From: a virus
Reading direction: 5' to 3' (one strand)
Virus record (IMG/VR): IMGVR_UViG_3300023276_000007
Coordinates: 32,001 to 96,000 of that record
Length of the DNA stretch: 64,000 nt
Part shown: piece after piece, positions 51,048 to 61,270 of the stretch
How positions within the stretch are numbered: the stretch's first letter is position 1
Layout: the number at the start of each line of letters is the position of its first letter
The notes under the pieces: generated by a model
Seen by the model: only the letters and a program-made list of their open reading frames with translations
What the model was told of the DNA's origin: nothing
Database searches by the model: none
Translations under genes and position numbers: made by a program

Positions 51048-51509
51048 ATGCCAGGACCAGTAGGAATACCACCCAAGAGTGGGCCGATTCATAAAAGGAT
51101 ACATAGTTTGTATCAAGGCGATTATTTCTGCATGGACACTGACGCCTGCTTCCCTAATGGCGAGGTAGCTACCCCGGAAAACTCACGACTATTATTTACC
51201 GTCGTTGACGACAGATACTGCCAGGACGATGTTAATACTTTCTATACCGCAGAGTGGAACGATAACATAACACAAATAGAAGACTCTGTTGGAGGTGTGA
51301 AAGTCTGTATACCTCAATCTGTTACTTGTCGGTTCCGTAGAGGTACCTTTAAGTACAGTCTAACACTTTCAGATAAGCTGGGTCAGAATAGAAGAACCCT
51401 TGAAGACGGCAACCTTATCGTTGAGTACGCAGCAGACGCGCCACTACCTGACGCTAAATACAGGGAAGGTTTAAATACCCAGAATCACACCCTCGGAGAA
51501 TTAAAATGA
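51048..51509 (+). CDS. BppU-like Ig-fold baseplate/appendage protein
   Basis: QGD..LLFTV..VCIP..T..F..GTFKYSL..G.LIV pattern. Confidence 0.4.
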   Translation: MPGPVGIPPKSGPIHKRIHSLYQGDYFCMDTDACFPNGEVATPENSRLLFTVVDDRYCQDDVNTFYTAEWNDNITQIEDSVGGVKVCIPQSVTCRFRRGTFKYSLTLSDKLGQNRRTLEDGNLIVEYAADAPLPDAKYREGLNTQNHTLGELK

Positions 51510-51943
51510 ATGAACGAGATATAATAGCGATGCTGGGTCAGGTTAAAACCCCTACACCAACGCCGCGTAAGAAGAAAAAGAAACCTTTACTAGCCAACCC
51601 CTTTCCAGACTTTGGTAAATCAATAGTCACACAAGGTAAGGGCGACCCAACCACCTCAGGTCTTTTACGAGGGGCAGGTACTGGTGCTCTTGGTGCTGTG
51701 CTTGGTGCTCTTGGTGCTAAAACTATGGATGCCAGTAATAAGGACACAGCATTGGCTGCCCTACTTGCAGGCTTACTTACCGGTACTGCTGGGTATAGCT
51801 CTGGTAAACGTGAGCAAGAGAGTGACAACACTAGACTGTTGGCACTCAGGCGTTTAGGCATCGAAACACCTGGCGAGCAGGAATTCTCTGAAGAGTATCC
51901 TTTACTCTCCACTAGAGTAACTACTAAAGGAGTTAGAATATAA
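51506..51943 (+). CDS. Glycine-zipper protein
   Basis: GAGTGALGAVLGALG; basic N-terminus. Confidence 0.5.
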   Translation: MNERDIIAMLGQVKTPTPTPRKKKKKPLLANPFPDFGKSIVTQGKGDPTTSGLLRGAGTGALGAVLGALGAKTMDASNKDTALAALLAGLLTGTAGYSSGKREQESDNTRLLALRRLGIETPGEQEFSEEYPLLSTRVTTKGVRI

Positions 51944-52554
51944 TGAAATCTGACTTACTTAAAAAACTTTTAAGCGATGACATTAGGGCGATAGCTGGTC
52001 GAGGTGCCCTTGGTGCCGGAGCAGGTGCCTACCTAGGTCACGAAGTCACACCACAGCTATTTGGCTATGAAGATGACGAAGCAGCTAAGAATATGAGTAC
52101 ACTACTTGATGCAGCTCTTTATGGAACACTTGGAGGCCTCGGCCCTAAAGGTGTTGGTAAACTTATGAAGAAAAGCCCAGTAGGGTTCGCCGGCTCAGTA
52201 GCTGGTGGTGAGCTGTTACCCGTAGGTATGCACGGGGCGCAAGAAGGTATCAAAGCCATGGGTGCCGGGACTCGTGCAATGGACGAATTTAACCCACCAA
52301 CTGCTTCTGAGCAGATGGCTTCTATACTAGGCTCACCAGAGTCTAGAGGTGCTATGGGTGGCGCAGCGGTCGCCGGTATAGGTTCCCTACTATCAGGTTT
52401 ACTCAGATCTAAGTCTGAGAAAGAAAGGCAGGAAGATAAGTCTCGTGGCGGAATGGTCACAAACGACTTCCTGAAGTATTTACTACCAGCAATGGTCGCT
52501 GGTGGTGTATTAGGTAATGTAGCCAAAGGCGATCAGCCGCCGAAGCAAGTCTAA
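51943..52554 (+). CDS. Glycine-zipper protein
   Basis: Multiple GxxxG hydrophobic helices. Confidence 0.5.
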   Translation: MKSDLLKKLLSDDIRAIAGRGALGAGAGAYLGHEVTPQLFGYEDDEAAKNMSTLLDAALYGTLGGLGPKGVGKLMKKSPVGFAGSVAGGELLPVGMHGAQEGIKAMGAGTRAMDEFNPPTASEQMASILGSPESRGAMGGAAVAGIGSLLSGLLRSKSEKERQEDKSRGGMVTNDFLKYLLPAMVAGGVLGNVAKGDQPPKQV

Positions 52555-52565
52555 GGAGAAAACAA

Positions 52566-53612
52566 ATGGACGTCATCAACGACAATTCAAAACGGGGCTG
52601 GATCAAAGTGGCAAATTCCCACCAGGTACCAGCTTATGTAAGTGATCACACACCTCTAACTAAGGAAGCAGCAGCATCTGTATCTGACGAGTTATTCGCA
52701 GACGACGCTAAGAGACTGTTCCCTATAAACTCAAAAGCCGACGTATGGCTGTCAGCAGCTTACTTTAAAGAAGCTTCTGCCACTTATGGTTCCGCTATGG
52801 GTGATTATGTTAAAGATCGTATCGAGAAAGCAGCTTCTGTGTACGGAATATCTGCCGACGTAGAAGAAGCCTTCAACGCAGCACAAGTTAAAACTGCATC
52901 TGCTACAGATGATCCGACCAACTACTGTTTGGTAGACGGAGCAGGTACACGTAGCTACCCTGTATTTGACAAAGAAGGCGCAGCTAAAGCTATGCGTTAC
53001 TTTGAAGAGCATAGACTCGGGTACCCTCTTGATACTCGTATTAAGCTTGCAAGAAACATTCTTAAGAAAGCTTGTGACTATTCACTGGACCCTTCTGAAA
53101 TCCTTATGAAAGAAGCAGGCTTTGCTGTTCCTAATAGAGCTCAGCTCATGGAAGAGATCCTGGAAAGAGCCAAGACGAGTAGTGACCCAGAGATTTCTGT
53201 TAAGTTTGCAGAGATCAATGAAGTTATCGCTAATTCTTCTAATGAAGAGTTCATAGGCAGCCTTGACAAGATAGCCGAGGTTATTGACGCTCTTGACGGG
53301 TTCAATGGTATGCGCAACCAGTATGATGTTAAACTATTGTCTCCGCAAGAAATAATTTATTCTATGTCAGTCAAAGAAGCCAGTGCTATTCTAGAGAGCT
53401 CTCTTGTGCTTAATAGGCATACGTTTAAGCTTGATAAGATGGCGGAACTTAACCCCGACACATTCAACGTTTTGGGTGATAACTTTTCTGATGAACTTTC
53501 TACAGATGGCAAGCTGGACATTAAAAAGATGGCAGCTATACTACCAACGCTCCCAACTCCCGACAAGCGTTTGCTTGAAGAGGAAATTGAAGCGAGCTTT
53601 GGAGTTATCTAA
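52566..53612 (+). CDS. K-x-A-rich putative internal head protein with two DUF6582-like repeats
   Basis: RLFPI....VWLSAAYF and RSYPV.....KAMRYF; many KEA/KTA/KMA motifs. Confidence 0.5.
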   Translation: MDVINDNSKRGWIKVANSHQVPAYVSDHTPLTKEAAASVSDELFADDAKRLFPINSKADVWLSAAYFKEASATYGSAMGDYVKDRIEKAASVYGISADVEEAFNAAQVKTASATDDPTNYCLVDGAGTRSYPVFDKEGAAKAMRYFEEHRLGYPLDTRIKLARNILKKACDYSLDPSEILMKEAGFAVPNRAQLMEEILERAKTSSDPEISVKFAEINEVIANSSNEEFIGSLDKIAEVIDALDGFNGMRNQYDVKLLSPQEIIYSMSVKEASAILESSLVLNRHTFKLDKMAELNPDTFNVLGDNFSDELSTDGKLDIKKMAAILPTLPTPDKRLLEEEIEASFGVI

Positions 53613-54268
53613 TGTCAACTCACCGAGAAAGATTCTTGGTAAAAGAAGCCTTAGAGTCGCCAGAAACCCTGGCGGCTGTTCTTTACTTTATTGTTAAAGA
53701 CACCTTTGGTGACGATGCCTTCTTCTGGGACCCTACCACATTATTCCTCGAACTTAAAGACGAGTTTGGAGCTACACCAGCTTCAGAAGTAATGGATAGG
53801 CTATCTGCCGTGCAGGTATTAGTCACAGGAGACGTATTCTTTGAAGACCCTAGTGCATTTATTAACATGGTTAATACTTTCGCCGATGGAAGCCCTTCCT
53901 TCTCGGTATTCAACCCAGCAGAGGTTGAGGAAATAGCATGGACTGCAGTAGAGGTTGCTATCATTAGAGACTTACTACCATTCAGCTATAACATTAAGCA
54001 ATACGTAAAGAAGATGTTGCACATAGACGGCTACGGCGACGACTACCCAGAATTGTTTGATGAAATCCTAGGAGCGGCTCCTGATAGAGCTGACGTGATT
54101 GACGAGGCTCAAGAGATAGTGCACGAAGATCAAAGAGGCATTATAGAAGACTTTGTTAACGATAACCTAAAGATTCTTTTACACCAAGCTAATAAGCTAC
54201 CTAAAGTATCTGAGGATCTATGGGCTTCGATGCGTAGCCAAGAGCAGGAGGGAGTAACACTAGTATGA
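53612..54268 (+). CDS. Hypothetical acidic helical protein
   Basis: TAATG-coupled ORF. Confidence 0.5.
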   Translation: MSTHRERFLVKEALESPETLAAVLYFIVKDTFGDDAFFWDPTTLFLELKDEFGATPASEVMDRLSAVQVLVTGDVFFEDPSAFINMVNTFADGSPSFSVFNPAEVEEIAWTAVEVAIIRDLLPFSYNIKQYVKKMLHIDGYGDDYPELFDEILGAAPDRADVIDEAQEIVHEDQRGIIEDFVNDNLKILLHQANKLPKVSEDLWASMRSQEQEGVTLV

Positions 54269-55293
54269 AGCTCTCAAAGTTAAAAGGTATGTTAGGGTTA
54301 GGCGCTGCAGCAGCTGGCGGTGGCGCTATCTATGGCGGTAGTGAGTATAAACCTGGCGACGACGTAAAAGTACATGGCAACTGGGACGACATAATAACAG
54401 AAGACACCCCGAAGCTTACCAACTGGGGTATGTGGCAAAATAAGCGACGATTAAATAAGATACATGAAAGACTTGCGTCAGGTGACCCTAAGGATGTAGA
54501 CGTATTAGTCGATACCGGCCTACACAGGGTTAAAGCCCCTAAGGAAGATATAAACCTTAAAGCTTTGAAATACTTAAATTTTACACCCTCTCTTATAGCA
54601 GTGCCAGAACGTGGTCAAGACAAGATGATGACCTTTAGGCAGTATGGTACTAACCTGCATATGCACCAACACCCTAAGAATAGGTTCTTCCATAAAGATA
54701 GATGGCCTTCTTTAATGATGGCGTGGAACCAGACAGAAGGAAGACCCCGAGAACAAAGGTTAGCGGCGATAAAGGATTCCATGAAGCATATAACCTTGGA
54801 AGGTATTCCAGGGTTTGCGAAATACTTTAAGAATGTAGCAGATGACGCACCTACCTTTGAGGAGCTAGTTAAGAACAGTGCCGACAGTACAGCATGGCTA
54901 AACTTTACTCCGAGAGAAGGTAACTCCATGGTGCCAATGCGCTTCGAAAAGCAAGCCGGAGGGTACAGTCCTTTAGTTGCTGAGGTTGTAGAGACTGACC
55001 ATAATGCTATACTAGGTTTAAGTAATATAGATTTTATCCCCGAAGATTACGGGATGCTTTTTAAGCAAGCCAATGGGTTTTGGATGCCTGAAGTTAAATT
55101 TGATCTTGACGTTATCTATATGGATAAGGTCGGACAGATTCAGGAAGTTCAAAGAATGGTAAAAGTAGACGGCGGTATACCACCTGTGTATCGACCAGAA
55201 AAGACGGCAGCAGTAGCTTTGGAGACCCGACCAGGCTGGTGTGAGCGGAATAATATTAAGGTAGGCGATAAGCTTGCCGTAAATGGAGACTAA
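54265..55293 (+). CDS. Protein with C-terminal DUF192-like domain
   Basis: GLS..IPEDYGMLF...FWMPEVKFDLDVIY.D..G.I...ALE..PGW...IKVGD. Confidence 0.7.
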   Translation: MKLSKLKGMLGLGAAAAGGGAIYGGSEYKPGDDVKVHGNWDDIITEDTPKLTNWGMWQNKRRLNKIHERLASGDPKDVDVLVDTGLHRVKAPKEDINLKALKYLNFTPSLIAVPERGQDKMMTFRQYGTNLHMHQHPKNRFFHKDRWPSLMMAWNQTEGRPREQRLAAIKDSMKHITLEGIPGFAKYFKNVADDAPTFEELVKNSADSTAWLNFTPREGNSMVPMRFEKQAGGYSPLVAEVVETDHNAILGLSNIDFIPEDYGMLFKQANGFWMPEVKFDLDVIYMDKVGQIQEVQRMVKVDGGIPPVYRPEKTAAVALETRPGWCERNNIKVGDKLAVNGD

Positions 55294-55295
55294 CT

Positions 55296-55685
55296 ATGTC
55301 CTATGTAATAACAGGTGTTAAAAGAAAGGCTGACTATAAAGGTACCGGATCAAACAGCGGTAACCGTCGGCAACAATTAAAGTCAAGAGCCGCGAGTGTG
55401 GACGAAATTGACAATTATGGTAACGGAGCAGTAGCAGTGTCTACTTATGCACCAGTTACTAAGAGTTTAGTAGACGAGGCAGGCGGTGGCGTTATATATG
55501 TTGGACAAGCAGCTCCTGGAAGTTTATTGGCAGACCCCGTGTGGCGTATTAAGAAGCTTACTACTGTAGGTACTGTGACAACCACTGAGTGGGCTGTCGT
55601 AGTTGCTGGAGACGCAGATGCTGGTGATCAGCTAGCTGGGTTCCATCACATTTGGGATGGCAGAGCAGGGCTAACCTACCTATAA
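55296..55685 (+). CDS. Small virion structural protein
   Basis: YVGQAAPGS..DPVWRIKK...WA...WDGRA.LTY. Confidence 0.5.
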   Translation: MSYVITGVKRKADYKGTGSNSGNRRQQLKSRAASVDEIDNYGNGAVAVSTYAPVTKSLVDEAGGGVIYVGQAAPGSLLADPVWRIKKLTTVGTVTTTEWAVVVAGDADAGDQLAGFHHIWDGRAGLTYL

Positions 55686-55697
55686 AAGGAGGCTATC

Positions 55698-55973
55698 ATG
55701 CCCGTAATATTTGATAGAGCTCAGTGTCGCCCGAGATTCATCTCAGATAATGCACTTGCTAATGGGGGTTATTACTTCGACGTAATAAACTCCCAAGATG
55801 GCTTTATACCACAAGATGCCATTTCTAAGACTTTATACCTAGACCCGCTAACCGGACTACTAACGTATAAAACAGCAGGCGCAGTAGGACCGGCACCTCA
55901 AGATTTCCTTTTTGCAGACGGTACTCCGTTCCTCTTTGCAGATGGAAGCCAATTCGAATTTTCAGGAATTTAA
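55698..55973 (+). CDS. Small fibre-associated protein
   Basis: SD AGGAGG; FLFADG repeated twice. Confidence 0.5.
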   Translation: MPVIFDRAQCRPRFISDNALANGGYYFDVINSQDGFIPQDAISKTLYLDPLTGLLTYKTAGAVGPAPQDFLFADGTPFLFADGSQFEFSGI

Positions 55974-55997
55974 CATTTATAATACAGGATTTTTATT

Positions 55998-57167
55998 ATG
56001 GGAACACTAGAAGGAAGAGGCGCTTACCCAGCCCTATTGACGTTAGACGACATTATCTACGTTGATAAGTTTGGTGGCGCAGTCACAGAAGACGGTTACA
56101 TAACCCTTACACAACTACAAGCACTTTTAGATGCAACTCTGAAATCAGACACATCCTTAACAGGTAACGGTTACTTTAAAAACGATAGTTCGTTTGCAAC
56201 CCCTGACGCATCGAAAGTACCGTCAGAACTTGCCGTAAAGGTTTATGTTGATGCAAACATAGCGGGAGTACCTGCCAAAGAGAACGCTCACGTAGCCACA
56301 GATACCTACTTAGACAATGTAGGTGTAGGCACTTGGACAAAAGCAGGAACTAAGGCTACAAAGACTTTAACAGCCGGAAGCGTAGGTATACTCACTATAG
56401 ATGGAATTGCTACAGTGTTAGGTGACAGAATTTACATCAAAAACGAAGATGGCTCGTCAACGAACTTAACTGACGTTGACCAAGGTATGTATGATGTTAC
56501 TACAGAAGGTACAGCCGGTGTAGCTGCTATTTTAACTAGGTCGGAGGACTTTAACGGAGATCCCGCCTCAGAAGTTAAAAATGGCGTATACGCTTATGTG
56601 ACGTTAGGTACGCTTAATAGTAATTCAGGCTGGAGAGTATTAGCCGTAGGAACCGTCGATGTCGATGTCGATCCTATGGTGATCACACAATTCCAGGGAC
56701 TTCCTGGAAACCATGCCGCTTCTCATACTAACGGTACTGATGATATTCAAGATGCTACACTTGCTCAGAAAGGCTTAATGACAATAGCTCAAGCAACTAA
56801 GCTAGACACAGTTGAGCAGCGAGCCAATCACACAGGCACACAGCTAATGTCTACAGTTAGTGATGCAGGAGCTTTGGCTACACTAGATCAAGTAGATACT
56901 CCTGAGATAGTAGATCTAGCAGTAACAACCGCAAAGCTAGCGGATCTATCAGTAACCACACCAAAGATAGTTGATGATGCAGTCACTCCTGAAAAGAACT
57001 CTCAGTTCTCTGCTAACGGCGAGGAAGGGTCAACTCAGGCAATGGTCCCGTTTACAGCAGCTCCGATTGTCCCTGTAGAGGGTACCTTTTGGTTCAGCGT
57101 GATCGGTGGGCTAACGTATATAAACTACCATATAAGTGGTGTAACAAAATCAGTGGAACTTAGCTAA
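55998..57167 (+). CDS. Tail fibre-like protein
   Basis: AVKVYVD, TIDG..GDRI.IKN..G.Y.V..LTR..DF, HAASH, RANHTGTQ, AVTTAKLAD repeats. Confidence 0.65.
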   Translation: MGTLEGRGAYPALLTLDDIIYVDKFGGAVTEDGYITLTQLQALLDATLKSDTSLTGNGYFKNDSSFATPDASKVPSELAVKVYVDANIAGVPAKENAHVATDTYLDNVGVGTWTKAGTKATKTLTAGSVGILTIDGIATVLGDRIYIKNEDGSSTNLTDVDQGMYDVTTEGTAGVAAILTRSEDFNGDPASEVKNGVYAYVTLGTLNSNSGWRVLAVGTVDVDVDPMVITQFQGLPGNHAASHTNGTDDIQDATLAQKGLMTIAQATKLDTVEQRANHTGTQLMSTVSDAGALATLDQVDTPEIVDLAVTTAKLADLSVTTPKIVDDAVTPEKNSQFSANGEEGSTQAMVPFTAAPIVPVEGTFWFSVIGGLTYINYHISGVTKSVELS

Positions 57168-58651
57168 TGCCTAACCTGCTAACAGTACCTCCTGGCTACC
57201 AACGTACGGTAGACCAGCTCTGGACGCCTCAGGCTATCCAGACAACATGGTGGCTTGATGCTGCAGATCCTAATACGATTATAGACTCAGGAGGAGCAGT
57301 CAGCCAATGGAATGATAAAAGCATCAAGCAAATTGATCTAACTCAAGGTACGGCATCAAAGCAGCCGACTACAGATGCTCGAACATTAGGCGGGTTAAAT
57401 GTACTTGAGTTTGACGGTACAGACGTTTTCCAAACCAATCAATCAAAGCATGGGACAAGTTACTTAGTCGCCATAATGCTAGATTACGACTCGGGTAGTT
57501 CGGTTCTATCGGAGAGTAGTAGTGGTGGTAGTCAATCATTTACTATCGGTGACGCTGGAGTAACATTGCAAGCAGACTCTAATATAGTATATAGTGGAGG
57601 ATCTCTTAGCGGCCCTACACTATTGGTACTGAAAATCGACAGAGTGTTGAATGTAGCAACTATATATAGAAATGGAATTAGTGAAGGAACGTCCGCCCTT
57701 ACTGCAGATGTCGGAGGTGGGGTAGCGGTTAGGATAGGGTCTAACTTTGTCGGTGGTATATCTTATGATGGAGGATTGGGCGAGGTAGTATATTCTGATA
57801 ATATAACAGATACAACGAGACAGCTACTAGAAGGGTACTTAGCTTGGAAATGGGGAACAACCCTTCCAGTAGGACATCCTTATGAATTTGCAAGACCTAC
57901 AATGAATCCTATATGGACTCCGCATCACGTAGAGAAGTTAGGATGGTATGACCCTTCGGATATATCTACTATTACAGATACAGCAGGTGCGGTGTCTCAG
58001 ATAGACGATAAATCAGGTACTGAACATTTAGTTCAAGCGGTAGGTTCAAAGCAACCAACTACAGGTACTCGTACTATAAACGGTTTAAATGTATTAGACC
58101 ACGATGGTGATGACTTCCTGGAGAAATTGTCTTTCACGCTACCTTCGAGTGGTGACGTTGCATTCTTTATGGTATGTGAAATAGATTCTGTAGATAATAC
58201 TTTCGATTCCATATTCTCAGTGAATGGGACAACAGATTTCCAACTTGAAGCTCGTAGCCCTTCTCAGTTTTTAGGAGCACTGAAATCGACAGGACTAGGC
58301 GGTGGTATTATAAACTTTGTAGATGGTCCGTATGATGGCGCTGGCACAATTATAATGTGTGCGATATTCGATAAGACTAATAGTTTACGGTATGTGTTTT
58401 CTAATGGAGCAGAGCAAGGAAGTGACGTATATACTACTAAACTATCACCCACTACAATACTAAGCGCATTTACAAACCGTGCGGCTGACGCAAGTCCTAA
58501 CGGTGCGATGGGCGAGTTTATTATCACTTCTAATGTTAGTGCTTATTCAAGACAAAAGATCGAAGGCTACTTAGCTTGGAAGTGGGGATCAGTAGAGTCC
58601 TTGCCAGTAGATCATCCCTATAAAACTGATGGGTCGCTTTTTGGCTATTAA
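57167..58651 (+). CDS. LamG/concanavalin-A-like adhesin, 2 repeats
   Basis: WTP..W.D..D..I....VSQ..DKS ... EGYLAWKWG..LP..HPY x2. Confidence 0.7.
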   Translation: MPNLLTVPPGYQRTVDQLWTPQAIQTTWWLDAADPNTIIDSGGAVSQWNDKSIKQIDLTQGTASKQPTTDARTLGGLNVLEFDGTDVFQTNQSKHGTSYLVAIMLDYDSGSSVLSESSSGGSQSFTIGDAGVTLQADSNIVYSGGSLSGPTLLVLKIDRVLNVATIYRNGISEGTSALTADVGGGVAVRIGSNFVGGISYDGGLGEVVYSDNITDTTRQLLEGYLAWKWGTTLPVGHPYEFARPTMNPIWTPHHVEKLGWYDPSDISTITDTAGAVSQIDDKSGTEHLVQAVGSKQPTTGTRTINGLNVLDHDGDDFLEKLSFTLPSSGDVAFFMVCEIDSVDNTFDSIFSVNGTTDFQLEARSPSQFLGALKSTGLGGGIINFVDGPYDGAGTIIMCAIFDKTNSLRYVFSNGAEQGSDVYTTKLSPTTILSAFTNRAADASPNGAMGEFIITSNVSAYSRQKIEGYLAWKWGSVESLPVDHPYKTDGSLFGY

Positions 58652-58668
58652 CGATAACGGAGTAACAA

Positions 58669-60858
58669 ATGAATAAAATGACAGTAAGTCCGTTTTGGAC
58701 TCCTGAGTATATAGATACAGAGTTATGGCTTGATGCATCTGATACAGATACTATCACAGAAGCTGCCGGAGCTGTTAGTCAATGGAATGATAAAAGCGGA
58801 AATGATTGTCATGCAGTTCAAGCTTCTAGCATAAGTCAACCAATAACCAACTCACGCACATTAAACGGTTTAAACGTCCTCGACTTTGATGGTAGCAATG
58901 ATGATATGTCTATGGTAGCGGGGCCACAGCCTGATTCCGCACAGACAATCATGATAGCAGTAGTAGACTTGGATTCGCCATTGAAAGCAGAAGGACAACG
59001 ATTGCTTAACTTCCAAGTAGGCGCGAGTTCACGGTGGTCGTTACGTCTTGAAGATGAGCTTCTTGCTCAGTATACCAACGCAGCTTCTTTTACTGGCCCC
59101 GAAATAGCCATAACATCAGGAGCAAGACTAATATCTGGCTATCGAGATGGTACGACAGTTGGGGTGAGTGTTAATGGCGGTGTGCCTGTTACAGATACAA
59201 GTGGAGGAAATGCTACAGTAGATACATGGAAGGTGGGTTCGTATGATTCAGCGAATGATTTCCTAGATGGAGGATTTGCCGAAGTTGTTGTTTTGAAATC
59301 ATACACCTTAGAGACTCTCCAAAAACTAGAAGGTTACCTCGCTTGGAAGTGGGGAATACAAACTTCTTTACCACTAGATCACCCTTATCGTTTTAACGGA
59401 ACACTATTTGGGTATGCTCTTACATATTGGACTCCTGCCGATATAACTACAGAAGCTTGGTATGATGCAGTTGATTCAAGCACCATCACAGAATCAGGCG
59501 GAGAAGTTAGTCAGTGGGATGATAAAAGTGGTAATGGGAATCACATGGAACAAGGAACGGGATCTAAGCAACCTTTAACCAACTCGACAAACATAAACGG
59601 ACTGAATACCATATCCTTCGACAAGACATCCTCTCAGTTAATGGAAACATCAAGCAACCCTTTCGGTGGAAGCGTTGTTGATGCTCATGTGTTTCAAGTT
59701 TTCAAAACAGCTTCTACCTTAGTAACTGGTACAAACTTTAGTTTAACAGGTAGTAGCAACGGTGGTAACAAATGGCAGGCTCTTGTTTGGGATGATACTA
59801 ATTGTTACTTTGATACCGGTGGAATTAGTCCACCAAACCGACTCCAAACCAATAGTTGGGCTACAACCAGTGAAGAAATTATGGGGTCTTTTTACGGTTC
59901 AGATACCGAAGAGGTGCAGGAAATCTGGAAGAATGGTACTCTCTCTGCGAGTGATGCCACAGGCCACACAGTTAGTACAGTAGGTAACATGCAGATAGCT
60001 GTTCAAGGTACGATTAATCATCAAACATTTGAACTTGCTGAAATGGTTGTTGTCAATGGGACCATGACTACTTCAGATAGGCAGAAGATGGAAGGATACC
60101 TCGCTTGGAAGTGGGGACTAGTTACCAAACTTCCTTCAGACCACCCTTACCGATTTGATGGAACACTATTCGGATATGAGAAGTTTTGGTCACCGGAAGA
60201 GATAGTCACAGAAGCTTGGTACGACGCTTCTGATGCAAGCACCATTACAGAAGCAGGTGGATCTGTTAGTCAGATTGATGACAAGAGTGGAAATAATGTG
60301 CATGCTGTCCAAGCAGTTGGTGGAGATCAACCGTTGATAGTTGCGGGTGCTATGAATGGATTAGATGCCCTTCATTTTGTAGGGAGAAATAATCACATGG
60401 ATGGTAATAGCCTTATCGATTTTGACTGGGTTATAACTGTTATCCATTATCTCGCTACCCCTGCTTTTAGTCAAGCGTTAGGTAGCCAAACTCTCCCTAG
60501 GGTGGGATACACCATCCAGTACAGAGGAGATATCAACATTGATAGATGGAACTCTAGCCTGTACACAAATGGTAACCCACTAAGCACTGTCGGAGCTACC
60601 CCGATAACCGTCGGTCCGACTATAGTTGGACGAGACTTACAAGGCTTGTCTAACTTCGCCCTACAACTAGGTGGAGATCGTGGACTTCCCAATCGAGGCT
60701 GGGATGGATACATAGGTGAGGTTATCTACGGTAATCAGACTCTCGATACAGCCACAAGACAACTACTAGAAGGTTACCTTGCATGGAAGTGGGGAACACA
60801 AACTTCCCTACCAGTAGGTCATCCTTACAAAACTGATGGAAGTCTCTTCGGTTATTAA
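58669..60858 (+). CDS. LamG/concanavalin-A-like adhesin, 3 repeats
   Basis: Same repeat unit x3. Confidence 0.7.
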   Translation: MNKMTVSPFWTPEYIDTELWLDASDTDTITEAAGAVSQWNDKSGNDCHAVQASSISQPITNSRTLNGLNVLDFDGSNDDMSMVAGPQPDSAQTIMIAVVDLDSPLKAEGQRLLNFQVGASSRWSLRLEDELLAQYTNAASFTGPEIAITSGARLISGYRDGTTVGVSVNGGVPVTDTSGGNATVDTWKVGSYDSANDFLDGGFAEVVVLKSYTLETLQKLEGYLAWKWGIQTSLPLDHPYRFNGTLFGYALTYWTPADITTEAWYDAVDSSTITESGGEVSQWDDKSGNGNHMEQGTGSKQPLTNSTNINGLNTISFDKTSSQLMETSSNPFGGSVVDAHVFQVFKTASTLVTGTNFSLTGSSNGGNKWQALVWDDTNCYFDTGGISPPNRLQTNSWATTSEEIMGSFYGSDTEEVQEIWKNGTLSASDATGHTVSTVGNMQIAVQGTINHQTFELAEMVVVNGTMTTSDRQKMEGYLAWKWGLVTKLPSDHPYRFDGTLFGYEKFWSPEEIVTEAWYDASDASTITEAGGSVSQIDDKSGNNVHAVQAVGGDQPLIVAGAMNGLDALHFVGRNNHMDGNSLIDFDWVITVIHYLATPAFSQALGSQTLPRVGYTIQYRGDINIDRWNSSLYTNGNPLSTVGATPITVGPTIVGRDLQGLSNFALQLGGDRGLPNRGWDGYIGEVIYGNQTLDTATRQLLEGYLAWKWGTQTSLPVGHPYKTDGSLFGY

Positions 60859-60884
60859 TTAAAACTAAAACTAGGAATAATAAA

Positions 60885-61199
60885 ATGGAATACTACATAT
60901 TCGCAACAGAAGCAGGCGCAGTCGCTTGTTTGAACTATATTAACTCAACACCTTGGTTCCCATTAGCGGGACAGGTGAAAGGGCAGCCTGCGCCAGAAGC
61001 TAACCAGAAGACTACTAAATGGGCAGATGCTCCACAGGAAATGGTTTCGGGAGAATGGGCAGTACCTAGAATTCCCGAATCAAGGTTAAACTACCTAGAG
61101 GTCCCACAAGCAGACAGAGATAACTTCATAGCTGCGTTCGGTCAAGATATCCGCCAGCTGACTTCAGCAGATTTTCCCGTCATAGAGGAGGAGCTATAG
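60885..61199 (+). CDS. Putative fibre assembly chaperone
   Basis: Small acidic ORF after adhesins; TTKWA..GEWAVP. Confidence 0.4.
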   Translation: MEYYIFATEAGAVACLNYINSTPWFPLAGQVKGQPAPEANQKTTKWADAPQEMVSGEWAVPRIPESRLNYLEVPQADRDNFIAAFGQDIRQLTSADFPVIEEEL

Positions 61200-61270
61200 G
61201 GTTGGACTAACCAGCAGAAACCTGTATGTTATGACCTGACCTGCGAAATAAAATTAAATGGTGATTAATA

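Noticed and set aside
39028-60858. Diversity-generating retroelement acting on the variable domains
   Set aside because: No reverse transcriptase and no near-identical TR/VR pair with A-specific mismatches seen in the window
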